Of a stretch of DNA of 64,000 nucleotides, positions 34,278 to 47,515 are shown piece by piece. Position 1 is the first letter of the stretch. Every line of letters begins with the position of its first letter. This DNA comes from Thecamonas trahens ATCC 50062 (taxonomy: Eukaryota > Protista > Apusomonadida), in the NCBI RefSeq assembly GCF_000142905.1, contig NW_013657679.1:652228-716227 (forward strand). Reading direction: 5' to 3'. The notes beneath the pieces are model-generated. The model searched no databases, was not told the origin of the DNA, and saw nothing but the letters and a program-made list of their open reading frames with translations. Position numbers and translations under genes: made by a program.

Positions 34278-35047
34278 GGTCGGCCTTGACGAGTCGGGTG
34301 GTGTCGACCGAGTGCAGGGCAGACAGAGCTTCGGGAGTGCGACCGGGCTGGGGCTGGGCGGACCAGCGGGCGAAGCTTGCTCGGCCGTCTTGATCGTGGC
34401 AGCAGGATCAACGATCCCATGTGGCCGTAATGTCTCGTGCTGCCGAGCCGACTCTGTGCTGTACCGCATCTTGCGCATCGCCAGGGGAGGGCGAAGAAAG
34501 GACGCTCCGCATGGCCGGCTAATGCACGCGATCACATGCAGCTCTACCTCCCCCTCCTCCGACCACACTCACGTTGTTCCACCCTCCGCACTCGCATCAC
34601 ATACTCTCAGAGTATCGTCATCATCGGCAAGTGTTGGTCCATCTGGATCCCCATCGCCCGATTCAAAACGAGTGCCGAGAGGCATCAACGGCAGGGCGCG
34701 ACGAGTTTGGCAAAGACGGCCAGCGAGCGCACGACACTGCACGCCAAGCACAGGCGACCACACACTTTGGGTATGTACATGGTGATATACACATTTACCA
34801 CTGCTATGGTGCCCCGTCCCATGCTGTCGAGGTTGCAGGGTTGTGCGCGGTGGCGGCGGAGGTGGAGGGGGTGTCGGTGGCGGGGCCGTGTGGCGCCGAC
34901 GTCAAATTTTGGTTGGCCAACAGAGAGCGAGGCCGAGAAGCAGTCCAAGTGCAACAGCGACTGACACATGGGAGAGCGTGGTGGTCTGGGAGGGTGTAGG
35001 TACCGTGTGTGACGGTTGTAGCTCTGTGTCGCGTGTATTCTCAAAGT

Positions 35048-38000
35048 ATGGACGAGGATATTGACCTTTCGTTCGATGCCGGCCTCGATGATGTCGACAA
35101 CCTCATCGCAGACGTCGAGCTCTCCGACTCGGACCAGGTGCTAGATGACGTGGATCTCGACGATCTGGATGATCTCGGACTTGACGATGTCGATCTTGGT
35201 GGCGGCAGCGACGATCTCGGTCTGGGTGGCAGCGACGACCTTGGGCTGGGCGACAGCGACGACCTTGGGCTGGGCGACAGTGACGACCTTGGGCTGGGTG
35301 GTAGTGACGACCTGGGGCTGGGCGACAGCGATGATTTCGACCTTGGCGATGGGAGCGACGACTTTGATCTGGGCTCGGATGAGCCAGACGTTGGCGACGA
35401 TGACGAGTTTGCCGATCTCGATCTCGGTTCTGGCGACCTCGAGGTCGATGACGACGATGCCGAGATGGAGGCACTTCTTCGCGAGGCTGAGGCTGCTGTG
35501 GACCTTGACGATGCGGAGGAAGAAAGGAATTTGGAGCCAGAGCCTGTTGCCGATCCCGTGGCCGAAGTTGAGCCCGTGGCCGAGGTCGAGCCCGAGCCTG
35601 TGGCCGAGTCCGAGCCCGTGGCCGAGCCCGAGCCTGTGGCCGAGCCCGTGGCCGAAGTTGAGCCCGAGCCTGTGGCCGAGCCCGAGCCTGTGGCCGATCC
35701 CGAGCCTGTGGCCGATCCCGAGCCCGTGGCCGAGCCCGAGCCTGTGGCCGAGCCCGAGCCTGTGGCCGAGCCCGAGCCCGTGGCCGAGCCCGAGCCTGTG
35801 GCCGAAGTTGAGCCCATGGCCGAGCCCGAGCCCGTGGCCGAAGTTGAGCCCGTGGCCGAGCCCGAGCCTGTGGCCGAACCCGAGCCCGAGCCTGTGGCCG
35901 AACCCGAGCCTGAACCCGCAGTGTCTGCCAATGACTACGGTGTTGCGGACGTGGATGAGGCATTTGACGCTGATGCTAATCAAGAGTCTGATATGGTGGC
36001 TGATCCTGATCTCGATTCCATCGACCTCAACGAGCCCGCTGTTGGCAACAACGCCACATCCATCGACCTCGACGGCAACAATGCCGATCCCACCAACTTT
36101 GACATCCTTAACGATACCGAGCTCGATAGTGGCGCATCTGCAAAGTGCAACAACGAGACCCACCCCCCCATCACCGAAGACGATGGCGAGCTCGTGATTA
36201 ACTTGCCGCGCAACTCGTCGTCCGCCGACTCACTCGAGCTGGAGGCGGCAACGAGCCCGACTCTCGCGCCGTCAGCGTCCGAAACCGCGATCAACGAGGC
36301 TGCGGCTGCGGCGCTGGCCTCGTCGCCACCGCCCGACGCCATGCCCGACCTTGTCGAACTCAACGCCGAGCTGGACAACATTCTCTCACCGGAGCGTCAC
36401 GTCGACACGCCGTCGCGCGCTCGCCCCATCCGGCCCAAGCCAAAAACCACTTTTGTCGAGCTCCAGCCGCACCGCACCCTCTCCAAGGAGCAGTGGGAGG
36501 AGAAGGTTCGCCGTGACCGTGAGTTTGAAGAGACCAAGCGTATCAATCGCGAGGCACGCATCCAGGCCGAGCGTGATGCTATCGGCAAGGCGCCCGCCAT
36601 GAAGCGCACAGCCTCGGCGCGCAAGTACGAGGAGAAGCTCGCGCGCGAGTCGTTTTTGGAGCGGACGCAAAAGGCCGAGGCCCGTCGCCGCCGCCGACAG
36701 CAGGAACTCATCGCTGCCGCCGCCATCGAAGGCAAGCCGGTGCTCTCCTCCGGCACTCGTGCCATCCTGCAGCAGTCAGCCGACGAGCGCACGTTCCAGG
36801 ACCGTGTCCGCGACGCCGTCATTGCCCGTAAGGCCTCGCGCAACGCCCCGCCACCAGAGGTTGAGCCGCCCACCCCGGCTCTCTCCTCCGGCTCCAAGCG
36901 CATTCTCAAGCAGTCGACCTACGCGCGCCCGTTTATGGAGCGTCTCGAGGATGATCTCGAGCGCCGCAAGGCCCGCCAGGCAACGACCGAGGCCGCGCTT
37001 CCGAAGCCGCGTCCTCTTGTCCCGTCGGGCCGCCCATCCAAAGTCCCACGCAAGGGCCGCGCACCCATCTCGGAGCTGCCGTTTACTCAGCGGATGAAGC
37101 TTGCGCAGCAGCGCAAGGCCGAGCGCCTCCGTCGCATCAAGGAGGACGCCGACGCCGCGTGCACATTCAAGCCGAAAATCTCGTCCAAATCGAAGCGTCT
37201 CTCCAAGCTCAACACTCAAGACGTCCCGGTCTTTGAGCGCATGCAGATTGCGGCTGAAGAGCGAAAGCTCAAGCTGCTCGAAAACGAAGCCAAGGCCGAC
37301 GCGATCAAGCGCGCCGCCGAGCTCCTCGAGCTTCAGCAGTGCACCTTCAAGCCGAACATCACCGCCCACGCCGCGGCCATGGACTCGTCGTTTGAGCTCG
37401 GCGTCGACGCATACATCGCCAAACGCAACGAGGAGCGCGAGTGGGCCCGCCAGTTTGCGGAGCGCCAGTTCACCTTTCAGCCGCAGCTCGAGCGTGCTCG
37501 CCACGAGTACGACGCCACCCGCAACGTCGAGGCCGCCCACGACCACGCACATCACCACGCGTCGCCCAAAGGACTCTCCCCTCTTGCCCGCGGAAAGGGT
37601 GGGTCGTCGGCATCTGCCTCACCGGCGTCGAGCTGGAACATTGCCGGGGGCGCCTCGCCGTCAAAGCGCAGGCCCAGGCCTGCGCCTGCGGCTGCACGCC
37701 CTTCGCCGCGCAACAAGCGCCAGGCGCCACGTCAGGCTCGCCGCAACCCCGGCCTTGCCTCCACCCGTCGCCCGCCCAAGTCGGCCCAGCCCGGCCCTCG
37801 TGCCGAGCGTGCTTCCTCGCCGGGCATCGACGAGTCGGCGCTCTCGCTGCCGCCGCTCGACGAGTCGATGGGCGGGCCCGAGACCCAGGCGCCGCCGGCG
37901 TCAAAGGCGGCAACGCGGTTCAGCTCGGCTGGGTCTAGTGATGACACTCCTCCGCCTCAGACTGCCAAGCCTGTTGCCGCCCCGCCTGCCGACGGCGCCA

Positions 38001-41000
38001 TCCTCCGCAAGGCCTCCAAGCTCCGGACGAGGCCCTGGGTCTACCGCTATCCGTTGCAGTCGGGCGGGTGGGTTTTTGTCGACGCCGCAACGCTCAAGCA
38101 CTCGCGCCGCAAGCCCGGTCCGTCCGCCGTGGTTGTCCGGCGCGACGATGCAACTCGTGACGATCCGTATTGGCACGAGGCGTGGGATGCGGCCGCGGCT
38201 GCGCCGTTCTACGTCGATCCACTCTCTGGCGCCGAGCGCGAGAGCCGCCCAGACTCGTCGCGAATTGTCTCCATGCACCAGTACTACACCCTCAACCACG
38301 ACAAGAAGAAGGGCGCCAACTACTACTACAACCCGATCACCGGTCAGCTGTCGTGGAACACCCTTCCGCCGGGTGCGCGTCTCATCGACCCGGACACCCC
38401 AGTCTACTACGTGTACGAGGGCGAGCTCGGCTCCGAACACACCTACTTTGAGCCACTCAAGCAAGAGTCGAGCTGGAAGGCCCCGCCAGAGTCGGCGCTC
38501 TGCATTCCAGCTTCCCCCGACTGGCTCTTTGCCTACCCGTCGAAGAACAAGAAGAAGACGTTTTACTACAATCCAGTGACGATGAAGGCCACATCACGGA
38601 CACCCGAGGACGACGCGGTGGTCATCGCTGTTCCGCGCAAGCCACACAAGATCCACCGCGCGCCACCGGGTGTCGACAAGCCGTCACCGGACGCGTCGCC
38701 GGCTCCAGCTCCGCTTCCGTCGCCAGATGCATCGCCGGTTCCGCCGGCCAGTGCACCCGCCAGCCCGCCAATCAGCCCGCCGACGACCGCCACCAAGCGG
38801 ATCAAGCATCGGATGCGGGTCAAGACCAAGGTCTCGCCGTCGCCGGCCAAGCTCGCAAGCGCCAAGGCTGCCGCCGAGCTCGCCGCGCGCGAGCTGGCTG
38901 CCCGCGAGCCGAGCCCGCCGCCGCCGCCGCTTGACGCGCTGTACTACGCCTTTGACCTTGGCGACAAGACGCTGTACTTTAACCGCGAGCGCATGGCGTC
39001 GGCATACGCACTGCCGGACGACGCCACCGAGGTTGTGGAGGACATCACCTCAGAATGGTGGTTCGAGTACGAGTCGCATCCGCCGTCGACCGAGCTCTCG
39101 TTTGAGCACGGCGAGCCGGCCGACCTTGCGCCGCCGCTCAAGTTTTACTACAACCCGGTGACTGGCGAGCGCCGTGAGGAGCACCCGCCGCCGGGCACGA
39201 CCGTGGTCCTCGCTGACCACTCGCGGGTGGAGACGACTGTGTACGACATCGAGTACGAGGCCGCGGCCGCCCGACGTGCAGCTGAACAGTCGGCTATCGA
39301 GGCCGACCTCGCCGCGCACTGTCAGGACAACAACATGGCGCTCTCGCCGCTGCAGTCGGCCATTGATGCCGGCTACGCAGGATATGCCGCCGCCGCTGAC
39401 GCGCTCACGCGTGAGCTCGATGCGTCGTCGGCTGCGCGAGTCGCGTCGGTCGACGCCATCGTGCGCCGGTCGTCGCCAGCCGCCGCTGCAGCTGCTGGCG
39501 ATGACGGACTCTCGGCGCTTGAGCGCGAGATCAACGCGTCGGCGCGGGCGCGACTTTCGGCACTCCGCGAGCCCGCGCGCCACATAGGGGCTCTTGCGGG
39601 CCCGCGGGCGTTTGCACTCGACTCTCGCGAGGCGCTTGGAGCCGCAGTCACCTCGACCCGTTGGTTCTACCGCTTGCCCGATGCTGCGGCTCCGGGCTCG
39701 TTTGTCTTTGTCAACCCGTACACGCTCAACTCCGACACGTCTGCGGCTGTCTTCCGGGGCACCGAGCCGCCTGCCGCTCTCCGCGCCGCAGTTATCGATG
39801 TGACGCCGGCGCTTGCGGCGCGAGTCTTCTTTGAGTTGTGGGACGCATCGACCAAGGCGCCGATGTACATTGCTGGTGCGCGGCCGGACACGCTGCTGCC
39901 GGCGTCAGCCGTTGCTGCCTGTAATGCGCCGGTGGTCATCAACTGGCACACCTACGTCTACTCGGGCTACGACGACCTCTCGACGGCGGCGCTCTCATCG
40001 CTGTCGTTCTTTGAGCCGCTGACTGGCCGGCAGTTTGTGGGCCAGTCGGCGCAGCCTGCGTTTACCTGCTCTGTCGCCGACCATCCGAACGTGTGGTATG
40101 TGGTCCGGGATGGGCAACACCCGCAGTACTACAACCCGGTGCTTGGCCATTGCACTTGGCTGGCGCCGAGTGAGCCTGTCGACGATGCAACGCCGATTTT
40201 GGTCGAGCTCGGATCGCGCGAGGTGTGGTTCGAGTATGACATGTCGCTCGAGGCCGAGATCGGGCACGTCTTTGTGGCGCCGCTCGGGACCGGGCCGACC
40301 CGCTTTGCCTACGACAAACCGGCGGGCAGAGTCGAGTCCGACTCGCCGCCGGCCTCGCTCGACGCGCTCATGGCGACGCCGCTGGTCATTCCAGCACCGT
40401 CGGACAACTCGCCGGCATACTGGAGCGCCAAGCGGTCGGCGAGCTCGGCATTTTACAAGGCATCTGCTGCGAGTGGACGGCATTCGCCGTCGCGCCGCGC
40501 CGGGCCGAGCCCGACCGCGGCGTTTGTGTCGAGCGCAAGCTCGTGGTACGAGTATGCTGCGCCGGCCGGTGACGGGCGCACCATGTACTTTCAGCCGTGC
40601 TCAGGTGTGTGGTCGTGGGACGGTCCGCCGGTCGGTGGGCATGTCGTGCAAGAGTCGGACGCGTCGTGGTGGTTCGAGTACTCGGCGCGCGCCAGTGGGG
40701 CGACGGCAGTGTACTTTAATCCTGCGATGGTGGCCTGGGAGTCGGCGGTGCCGGCGTCGGCGACTGCGGTGGTTGATGCAGCGGGAAGTGTCGCGCACGC
40801 GCCCGGACGGGCACCTGCCACAGCCCGCGCGCCAGCAGCAGACAGCAAGCTTGAGGCCGAGTACGCGTCGTTTGCAGCCGAGCGCGAAGCGGCCCAGGCG
40901 GCACTCGAGGCCGAAATTGGCGCTGGCGTGGGTCGGCAGGGCACGGACGCGCTGGCGGCAGACCTCGATGCGATGACCGCGCACGACTCGGCGGCCAAGT

Positions 41001-42637
41001 CTGCGATCGAGTTGGAGCTCGACGCGATGCTGGCGGAGCAGCTGGGGAGCGGGGAGGTTGAGTTTGGCGGCGACGATGCGGCGACTCGCGAGCTCGAGCA
41101 GCAGCTCGACTCGGTGCTCTCGCAGCGAATGTCGGAGTTGAACGACCTCGACGCGTCAGCCGAGTCGCCGCACTCGGCGCCGCACCGGCGGATTGTGTTT
41201 TCGCCGGCGTCGCGGAGCCCGGTGCGGCGGGCGGCGCCGCCGCCGAGCACTGACAACGAGAATCTCGCGCGCAAGTTGGAGAACGAGCTCGCGGGTGATG
41301 GTGTGCCCGAGCCAGAGCCCGAGTATGAGTATGGATACGAGTACGAGTACGAGGAGGTGGAGGTGGAGGTGACACCGCCGACGCCGGCGCCGGCAGCGGC
41401 AGCTCCACAGCCGGACCCTGCGCTCGAGGTCACGGCCGCCGACCGGTACTCACCGGTACTGGCGGACCTCGACGAGTCGTCGGACGTCGACGACTCGCTG
41501 CTGGACCTGGAGTCGATGGTGACGCCGGGCGAGGCAGTCGAAGAGCCGCTGAAGAAGGACGCGCCTCGCGGCAAGGACGCGTTTGTGCTCTCGGACTCGG
41601 ACGACGACGGCATGGGCAAGGGCAAGGCTGGTGGTGAGAGTCAAGGCGACGACGATCTGCTCGATCTTGGCGACGACCATGACGACGAGGTGCTCGACCT
41701 CGAGGAAGAGTACCTCGATGTGGTGCCTGATGCTGCTGACGTGTTCGACGTGGATCATCAGCGTGATCTCGACGCGCCGCTGGATGCGGACGAAGAGCTC
41801 GACGCGCTTATTGACGACGACATCGACGCACTGCTTGCCGGCTCGGGCGATGACGACCTGGGCAGCGTTCCTCAGACACCGCGGGACAAGGGCAAAGACG
41901 AGGCCGACGACGAGGACGCCCTGCTCGACGAGGTGCTCGCGGCGGAGGTCGAGACGTCTGCAGTCTCAGACACGGTGCTCCTAGACGACGGCGACGGGCG
42001 GCTGTTGGACGAGCACGACCTCGATGCGCTACTCGACGACATCGAGCTTGACGACGCGGACGATGCGGTGCCGGGCGCTGGAGCGGACGCGGGCGACGAC
42101 GACCTGGCCGAGTTTATGGCGGCGGGCGTGCACGGGAACGCGTCGTTTGACGTGACGTCGTTCATGGCGGCAGCTGACGGCGGACGCAACAACTCGGGTG
42201 GTGCGCTCAAGGTGGAAGACCTCTCCGCGCAGGCACGGACGCCGCCGCGGTCACCGGGCTCGGCGCGCACGATCGAGAAGCTGCGGGCTGAGCGGACGCC
42301 GTCGCGGCGTGTTTCGTCGCCGGTCGCGGTGCTCTCGCCGTTCAAGCTCGATCCTCTGCCGGACTTTGAGTCGTCGCTCCTCGCGTCGTCGATGGGCGCG
42401 TCGGGGCATGCGTTCAAGGTCGGCGACGTCGTGTCTGTCCGTGGCGAGGAGGGCACGGTCCGGTACATCGGCGCCACCCACCGCCCGGGCATCTGGGTCG
42501 GCATCGAGCTCCACCAACCGGTAGGCTTTTCCAACGGCACCCTCCGCGGAGTCCACTACTTTGCCTGCCCTGATCGGTGCGGCAAGTTCTGCAAGCCGTC
42601 ATCGCTAACCCTTGTCCGCTCTGCTGATAACGGATGA
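35048..42637 (+). CDS. giant (~2530 aa) repeat-rich protein with C-terminal CAP-Gly domain
   Basis: Acidic repeats, PEPVAE repeats, CTFKP motifs and many WW/OCRE-like YY.NP.TG motifs. CAP-Gly: [34 protein letters not shown]...GKF. Confidence 0.88.
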   Translation: MDEDIDLSFDAGLDDVDNLIADVELSDSDQVLDDVDLDDLDDLGLDDVDLGGGSDDLGLGGSDDLGLGDSDDLGLGDSDDLGLGGSDDLGLGDSDDFDLGDGSDDFDLGSDEPDVGDDDEFADLDLGSGDLEVDDDDAEMEALLREAEAAVDLDDAEEERNLEPEPVADPVAEVEPVAEVEPEPVAESEPVAEPEPVAEPVAEVEPEPVAEPEPVADPEPVADPEPVAEPEPVAEPEPVAEPEPVAEPEPVAEVEPMAEPEPVAEVEPVAEPEPVAEPEPEPVAEPEPEPAVSANDYGVADVDEAFDADANQESDMVADPDLDSIDLNEPAVGNNATSIDLDGNNADPTNFDILNDTELDSGASAKCNNETHPPITEDDGELVINLPRNSSSADSLELEAATSPTLAPSASETAINEAAAAALASSPPPDAMPDLVELNAELDNILSPERHVDTPSRARPIRPKPKTTFVELQPHRTLSKEQWEEKVRRDREFEETKRINREARIQAERDAIGKAPAMKRTASARKYEEKLARESFLERTQKAEARRRRRQQELIAAAAIEGKPVLSSGTRAILQQSADERTFQDRVRDAVIARKASRNAPPPEVEPPTPALSSGSKRILKQSTYARPFMERLEDDLERRKARQATTEAALPKPRPLVPSGRPSKVPRKGRAPISELPFTQRMKLAQQRKAERLRRIKEDADAACTFKPKISSKSKRLSKLNTQDVPVFERMQIAAEERKLKLLENEAKADAIKRAAELLELQQCTFKPNITAHAAAMDSSFELGVDAYIAKRNEEREWARQFAERQFTFQPQLERARHEYDATRNVEAAHDHAHHHASPKGLSPLARGKGGSSASASPASSWNIAGGASPSKRRPRPAPAAARPSPRNKRQAPRQARRNPGLASTRRPPKSAQPGPRAERASSPGIDESALSLPPLDESMGGPETQAPPASKAATRFSSAGSSDDTPPPQTAKPVAAPPADGAILRKASKLRTRPWVYRYPLQSGGWVFVDAATLKHSRRKPGPSAVVVRRDDATRDDPYWHEAWDAAAAAPFYVDPLSGAERESRPDSSRIVSMHQYYTLNHDKKKGANYYYNPITGQLSWNTLPPGARLIDPDTPVYYVYEGELGSEHTYFEPLKQESSWKAPPESALCIPASPDWLFAYPSKNKKKTFYYNPVTMKATSRTPEDDAVVIAVPRKPHKIHRAPPGVDKPSPDASPAPAPLPSPDASPVPPASAPASPPISPPTTATKRIKHRMRVKTKVSPSPAKLASAKAAAELAARELAAREPSPPPPPLDALYYAFDLGDKTLYFNRERMASAYALPDDATEVVEDITSEWWFEYESHPPSTELSFEHGEPADLAPPLKFYYNPVTGERREEHPPPGTTVVLADHSRVETTVYDIEYEAAAARRAAEQSAIEADLAAHCQDNNMALSPLQSAIDAGYAGYAAAADALTRELDASSAARVASVDAIVRRSSPAAAAAAGDDGLSALEREINASARARLSALREPARHIGALAGPRAFALDSREALGAAVTSTRWFYRLPDAAAPGSFVFVNPYTLNSDTSAAVFRGTEPPAALRAAVIDVTPALAARVFFELWDASTKAPMYIAGARPDTLLPASAVAACNAPVVINWHTYVYSGYDDLSTAALSSLSFFEPLTGRQFVGQSAQPAFTCSVADHPNVWYVVRDGQHPQYYNPVLGHCTWLAPSEPVDDATPILVELGSREVWFEYDMSLEAEIGHVFVAPLGTGPTRFAYDKPAGRVESDSPPASLDALMATPLVIPAPSDNSPAYWSAKRSASSAFYKASAASGRHSPSRRAGPSPTAAFVSSASSWYEYAAPAGDGRTMYFQPCSGVWSWDGPPVGGHVVQESDASWWFEYSARASGATAVYFNPAMVAWESAVPASATAVVDAAGSVAHAPGRAPATARAPAADSKLEAEYASFAAEREAAQAALEAEIGAGVGRQGTDALAADLDAMTAHDSAAKSAIELELDAMLAEQLGSGEVEFGGDDAATRELEQQLDSVLSQRMSELNDLDASAESPHSAPHRRIVFSPASRSPVRRAAPPPSTDNENLARKLENELAGDGVPEPEPEYEYGYEYEYEEVEVEVTPPTPAPAAAAPQPDPALEVTAADRYSPVLADLDESSDVDDSLLDLESMVTPGEAVEEPLKKDAPRGKDAFVLSDSDDDGMGKGKAGGESQGDDDLLDLGDDHDDEVLDLEEEYLDVVPDAADVFDVDHQRDLDAPLDADEELDALIDDDIDALLAGSGDDDLGSVPQTPRDKGKDEADDEDALLDEVLAAEVETSAVSDTVLLDDGDGRLLDEHDLDALLDDIELDDADDAVPGAGADAGDDDLAEFMAAGVHGNASFDVTSFMAAADGGRNNSGGALKVEDLSAQARTPPRSPGSARTIEKLRAERTPSRRVSSPVAVLSPFKLDPLPDFESSLLASSMGASGHAFKVGDVVSVRGEEGTVRYIGATHRPGIWVGIELHQPVGFSNGTLRGVHYFACPDRCGKFCKPSSLTLVRSADNG
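35207..35345 (+). repeat. 24-bp coding tandem repeat (SDDLGLG[G/D])
   Basis: About five copies of agcgacgaccttgggctgggcgac-like units. Confidence 0.85.
35533..35918 (+). repeat. 18-bp coding tandem repeat (EPVAEP)
   Basis: About 20 units of gagcc(c/t)gtggccgagccc. Confidence 0.9.
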
Positions 42638-42734
42638 AATGAAGATGTGTATTCTGAGCCGTAGTTGTGTATGCTGACTGTGGCGTGTAGCTAGCCGCGG
42701 CGACCAGCCAGTTGTCGTACCACTCAACTCCATC

Positions 42735-43092
42735 ATGGCCTTTAACGCAGCCGAAGCGTCAGCCGACTTGTCCCAGCGTACGCACACGACAGAGCGTACC
42801 ACATAGTAGGGGGGGAGAGAGGAGGGGGTGTGACTTACGTGAGGCATGCGTACGTTTGGGTACAGGGTGGACGCGTGTGCAGGCACAGCTCGAGTCCGAG
42901 ACAACGCCAGAGGCCAAGGTGCCCGAGGTGTATCAGGCTACTGCAGGCGCCAAGAAGCTGATTGGTGGAGGGAATGGTGACGGATCGACTCGGTTTATGG
43001 ATCTGCTTCAAAGAGCTGTGGCCGAGGCCGAGGCTGCTGGCATGATGACGGGAACGACGACCACGACGACGGCAACGGGCGCATCGGCCTGA
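42735..43092 (+). CDS. small hypothetical protein (89 aa); join(42735..42777,42866..43092)
   Basis: Intron 42778..42865 (GTACGC...CAG) joins MAFNAAEASADLSQ-R-WTRVQAQLESE..PEVYQ..RFMDLL in frame. Confidence 0.65.
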
Positions 43093-43177
43093 TGAGACTA
43101 CGGGCTCGATGTGGACAGCGAATGGATGGATGTGGATAGATGCGGGGATGGTGGTTGTACGCAGTATCGTCTGGTCG

Positions 43178-43232
43178 GTGGCCGCCATGGTGGCCGCCAT
43201 GGTAGCCGCCATGGTGGCCGCCATGGTGGCCG
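43178..43232 (+). repeat. 12-bp tandem repeat GCCGCCATGGTR x4
   Basis: Copies at 43181, 43193, 43205 and 43217. Confidence 0.9.
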
Positions 43233-43600
43233 GCGGCCCATTGAGTACTGAAGCACATTGTCGCGGTTCCGGGAGTGACGGATGTCTCTCTGTAGCAGTG
43301 TAGATGACCCTAGAGCGTCACGAGCCCTGTCGGCCAGCTCGCCCCTATCCCGACCTGATCTACCACACTCATACACACACACACATGTATATACACGCAC
43401 ACACGCGCGCACACATACACGCACTCGCACGCACGCACGCACGTACACGCACATAATCTTCCCAACCAAGAGTGATCCCTCCGGCAAGCCAGGCACAACC
43501 CGATCAACCAACACGCAGCTTCGTACCACTGCCACGAGCTGCCGGGCTGCCACAGCCGACCAAGGCACAACCAACCCACCCTACCTACCCACTCACACGT

Positions 43601-43676
43601 CACCACCACCACCACCACCACCACCACCACCACCACCACCACCACCACCACCACCACCCCACACACACACACACAC
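43601..43676. repeat. (CCA)n plus (CA)n microsatellite upstream of WDR59
   Basis: Seen directly; a further (CA/CG)n tract lies at ~43370-43452. Confidence 0.9.
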
Positions 43677-43701
43677 CCTCCATCCCCTCCAAACACACAC
43701 C

Positions 43702-46700
43702 ATGGCAGAGGACGACCCATGGCGGCAGTCCATGGGTATCCACTTTGAAGGACTGCATGTGACGACCATTGGCGTCGACGCGACGAACACGGTGGGAGCC
43801 TTTGGTACACTCAATGGAGTGTTTCTTCTTGATCTGGAAGACCTTACCTCGCCTACCACCGCCATTTCTTTCCGCAATCAGTATGATGTCCGCACGCTGC
43901 ATTGGAACAGAATTCAGAGCTCGCTGCTGGCATGTACCTCGAACGATAAGGTCTATGTTTGGGATGTGGCTCAGCTGGAGGAAGCCGATGGGGATACCCG
44001 CGTGCATACAGAGCTCTCAAAGCATGTGCGATCGGTCAACGATATCGAGTGGCAAGCTCAGTCGGCTCATGTCCTCGCCTCGTGTGCCTCAGATGCGTAC
44101 ATCTACATCTGGGACATCCGCGAGCCGTCGACCGAGAAGCGTGCCTTCACCTCGTACCGGACCGACCGGGCGGGCGTGTCGCAGCTGGCGTGGAACAGAC
44201 ACGACGGGAACATTCTCGCGTCGGCCCATGCCGGCTTTGTGCGCATCTGGGACATGCGCAATGAGTCGCTTCCTGTCGGGTCATCCGCGCGCACGAGTCG
44301 CAGATCTTCGGCATTGACTGGTCGTACAACGTGAGCTCGGAGCTTGTCACCTGCGCGCTCGACAAGCTCGTCAAGTTCTGGGACGTCAACAAGCCGGAGA
44401 ACTTTATCGACTACATTCAGAGCTCGTCGCCCATTCGCCGCGCAAAGTACACTCCGTTTGGTGGAGGCCTTGTCACCGCCTCCTCCTCCACCCACACCGA
44501 CCTCAAGCTCTGGTCGCGCGCCTCGCTCCGCTCGCCCTCGCACACCTTTGCTGCCACCTCTGTCCGCGGTCAGCCCACTGATTTTGTGTGGCGCTTCTCG
44601 CCCTACGACTCGTCCACCTACCAGCTGCTCTCGTGGTCGTCCGACTCGCAGCTCCGGCTGTGGGCCATTTCCGACGACGTGTTTGCCTCTGTCGGTCACA
44701 CCCCGAGCCGCCGCCCCCTCTCGCCGGCTGTGCGGCTCAATAAGCTGGCGGGTGTCGGTGCCGCAGGCGCGGCCGCTGCTGGCACGGGCGCGAGTGCGAC
44801 CAATGCCGCTGGCACAGGGACCAGCTCCAGCCCGGGCCTCGCGGTGCCTGTCGGCGGCATGTCCCCGTCAGCTGCGCCGTCGCCGCGCGATGTCGAGCTC
44901 GTGTCGCCCGGCTCGGAGGCATCATCGCCGCCGGCACTCGGCTCGCCGCCATCGGTTGCGCTCCGGGTTCCATCCAAGATGGCTGGCGGGGGTATGCGCT
45001 CGCCGGCGGCGTCGCCGATTTTCCGCGTCGACTCCGAGTCGCAGCTGACCACGCTCGAGCAAGAAGTGGTCTACCTCAAGCAGCACCCGGTCGACGGAGC
45101 CTCGCTCGACAGGGCCAACTACGGTGCCGGCCTCGTCTTCCTCACCTTTACCTCGCAAACAAGCTCGAGCGAGATCTCGCCGCCAAGCGCGCCGGCGACG
45201 CCCATCGAGCTCCGGGTCCGGCTCATGTTTCCGGTCTCGTATCCGGACAGGGCCCGACGCTCGAGTTTGTGCAGCGGTCGTTCTTCTCGGCGTCTTCATC
45301 GGCACGGTCGAGTGAGACGACGCCCGACGTCAAGATCAGGCTCAAGGAGCTGGTCGGCTCGCTCATCCAGATGCGCGAGCGCGAGTCGATGCCGTGTCTG
45401 CACGCCACCGTCACCGAGATTGCCACCCAGTTTGACTTGCTCTCCAAGGCCAAGGCCAACCATGCGCTGCACGACGGTGAGGGCGGGCTCGAGGCCGGCG
45501 GCCGGGGCCACACCGGCGGCAACGAGTCGATCTCAGTCGTCGCCGCCGAGTTTGTCTGTCCGCGGCTCGGCGGAGCGTACTTTGGTCCGCGCGGCACCAT
45601 TGTGTTCTGGAACTGCTTCAACCCGTCGCTCTTCCGCCTCTCCAATCCGGCGAACCAGCTTGGCGACGACGACGTCGAGCCCGAGTCGCCGACCTCGCCG
45701 ACCTCTGGTCGGGCCCGGGCCCAGCAGCCCGGTCGCGACGGCAGCCGGTCGGCCGAGACGTGCTGGCCGGCGATGTGGTCCGACCTCTCGCTCTCGCTCG
45801 AGCTCGAGCAGCAAGGCCGCGAGCTGCACGTCTCCGACACCGGCGGTGTGCTCGCCACCGACGTGCTCTCATCGATCCTCGAGTCGCGCCCGTCGCTCTC
45901 GGCCAAGGTCTCGCTCACCCGGGCCACCGGCCAGGCCAAGGTCCACCACAAGACCCGGGTGCGGCTGGCTTCTGCGGCGCGGTTCATTCTCGCCTCGCCG
46001 ACGCTTGCCGAGCAGTATGCGGTCGACGCATCGCGTGCCTCGCTCCCGGCACTGTGTCAGGCCAATGCCGGCGTGGCGGCCCGAGCCAAGCGGCGGGACC
46101 TGGTCCGGGTGTGGAAGCTGGCGGCGCAGATGCTGAGCGCGTACACGCCACGGGCGCTGGCCGGCGCGCTCTGCCGGCTGGGCAGCAGTGCGTCGGGCGT
46201 GCCGTGGGCAGTCCACCCGTTTGCGCGGGCCACGCTCGCGTCGCTCTTCGATCACTACGCGGGGCTTGGTGATGTGCAGACGCTCGCGGTCCTTTCTTGC
46301 GTGTTTGCCCAGGCCGATGCGGCGGCAGTCGCTGCCCACGCCGCTGTCGCAGCCCATCTCGGCGGCTCAGCCGCGCGCATGCCCCGCGACGCTCTGCTCT
46401 TTGTCGATGCTCCGCTCGAGGCCCGCGCCAATGCGTACCGGCTCGGCTACTGCCGGCTGCTTCATGCATGGGGCCTACTCAACAAGCGTGCTGAGGTCGC
46501 CAAGTTTGTGACTCTGGCGGCCCAGGTTGCGCCGTTTAGCTCGAGCGTCATGCTCGCCAACACCTGCCCGCATGATCCGGTCGTCGTCTCGGCCGCGCCA
46601 CAGTGCTTTGCCTGTCCGCAGTCGCACTTTATGCTCGAGTGCGGAGTGTGCCGCCGCGGCATGCGCGGTCTCGCCTCGGCCTGCCTCAAGTGCGGTCATG

Positions 46701-46834
46701 GCGGGCACGTCCGCTGCCTCGCCACCTGGTTCGACGGCTCCATCCAGGTCTGTCCCACGGGATGCGGGTGCAAGTGCATCCCCGACCGCGCTGCTCGCCT
46801 CCAGCCGCAGACCGGCGTCGTAGTCATGGATTGA
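43702..46834 (+). CDS. WDR59: GATOR2 subunit WDR59/Sea3 (WD40 + RWD + C-terminal RING); two apparent frameshifts (~44278 and ~45250)
   Basis: WD repeats (HVRSVNDIEW..LASCASD.YIYIWDIR, NILASAH, AHESQIFGIDW, VKFWD). RWD FPVSYP. WAVHPF, GDVQTLAVLSCV, Y..LLHAWGL..KRAEV, CGVC..CLKCGHGGH..C..WF..CPTGCGCKC. Confidence 0.9.
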
Positions 46835-46859
46835 ACTCGTGTGATGTCTTCCTTTTTGT

Positions 46860-47424
46860 TCAGTTGTGCGCAGCCCGCTTGCGCTTCCGCGTCGAGGCTG
46901 TACATGACGCCTCGCGCTTGGCCGATGCACGAGCTTCGCGCCGCGCCCGACGCGCCGCTGCGGACGCCGCCTCGGCCTCGGCTGCGGCTGTGAGGCGGGT
47001 GATGAGAACGGTGGTCCGCGGGAGATCGGCTGGTTGGCTTTCACCGCGCATGGCGTCAATGAGCTCGAGCGCTTGGCTCTGGAACGCCTTGTGTGGCGAG
47101 TTGGCGATAATGGATATGAGCGCCGTGGCGAGATGTGCAACATGGTGCGCTGCGTGGGAGGTGGCAAGGGAGAGTGAGTTTGACGGCTTTTTTCTGAGAT
47201 CGGCAGTTCTGATCAACGCACCGCCGAGCTCTTCCTCTCCCCGGGGACGTACACACACTAGGGACTTGCGGTGGCGGAGCAGCAGGCAGGGCCCCACTCA
47301 GGAACGTTTGCGGGGCGCGCGGATGCGAGGGGGAAGCACTTGCGCTGTCGCGATGCGAGGTAGGCTCGGTGGCAGGCGAGGTCGGCGGGGCCACCCAGTC
47401 GGCGTCTTCGGGAGCGGCAGCCAT
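46860..47424 (-). CDS. hypothetical protein, probably split across two frames
   Basis: ORF 47056..47424 (ATG start) overlaps helical ORF 46860..47297, which ends in basic RKRKR. No recognisable domain. Confidence 0.35.
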
Positions 47425-47515
47425 GGGCTGAGTAGTCGAGTGGAGGCGGGAGCGGGGGAGAGGAGAGGCACGCGTTCAATGACTGACGGGCCTGACCGGC
47501 AGAACGAGGCAGAGC

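Noticed and set aside
34278-35040. Possible extra gene or N-terminal exons upstream of CstF64 (GTGAGT donor near 34572)
   Set aside because: No recognisable protein, and CstF64 is complete from ATG 34277.
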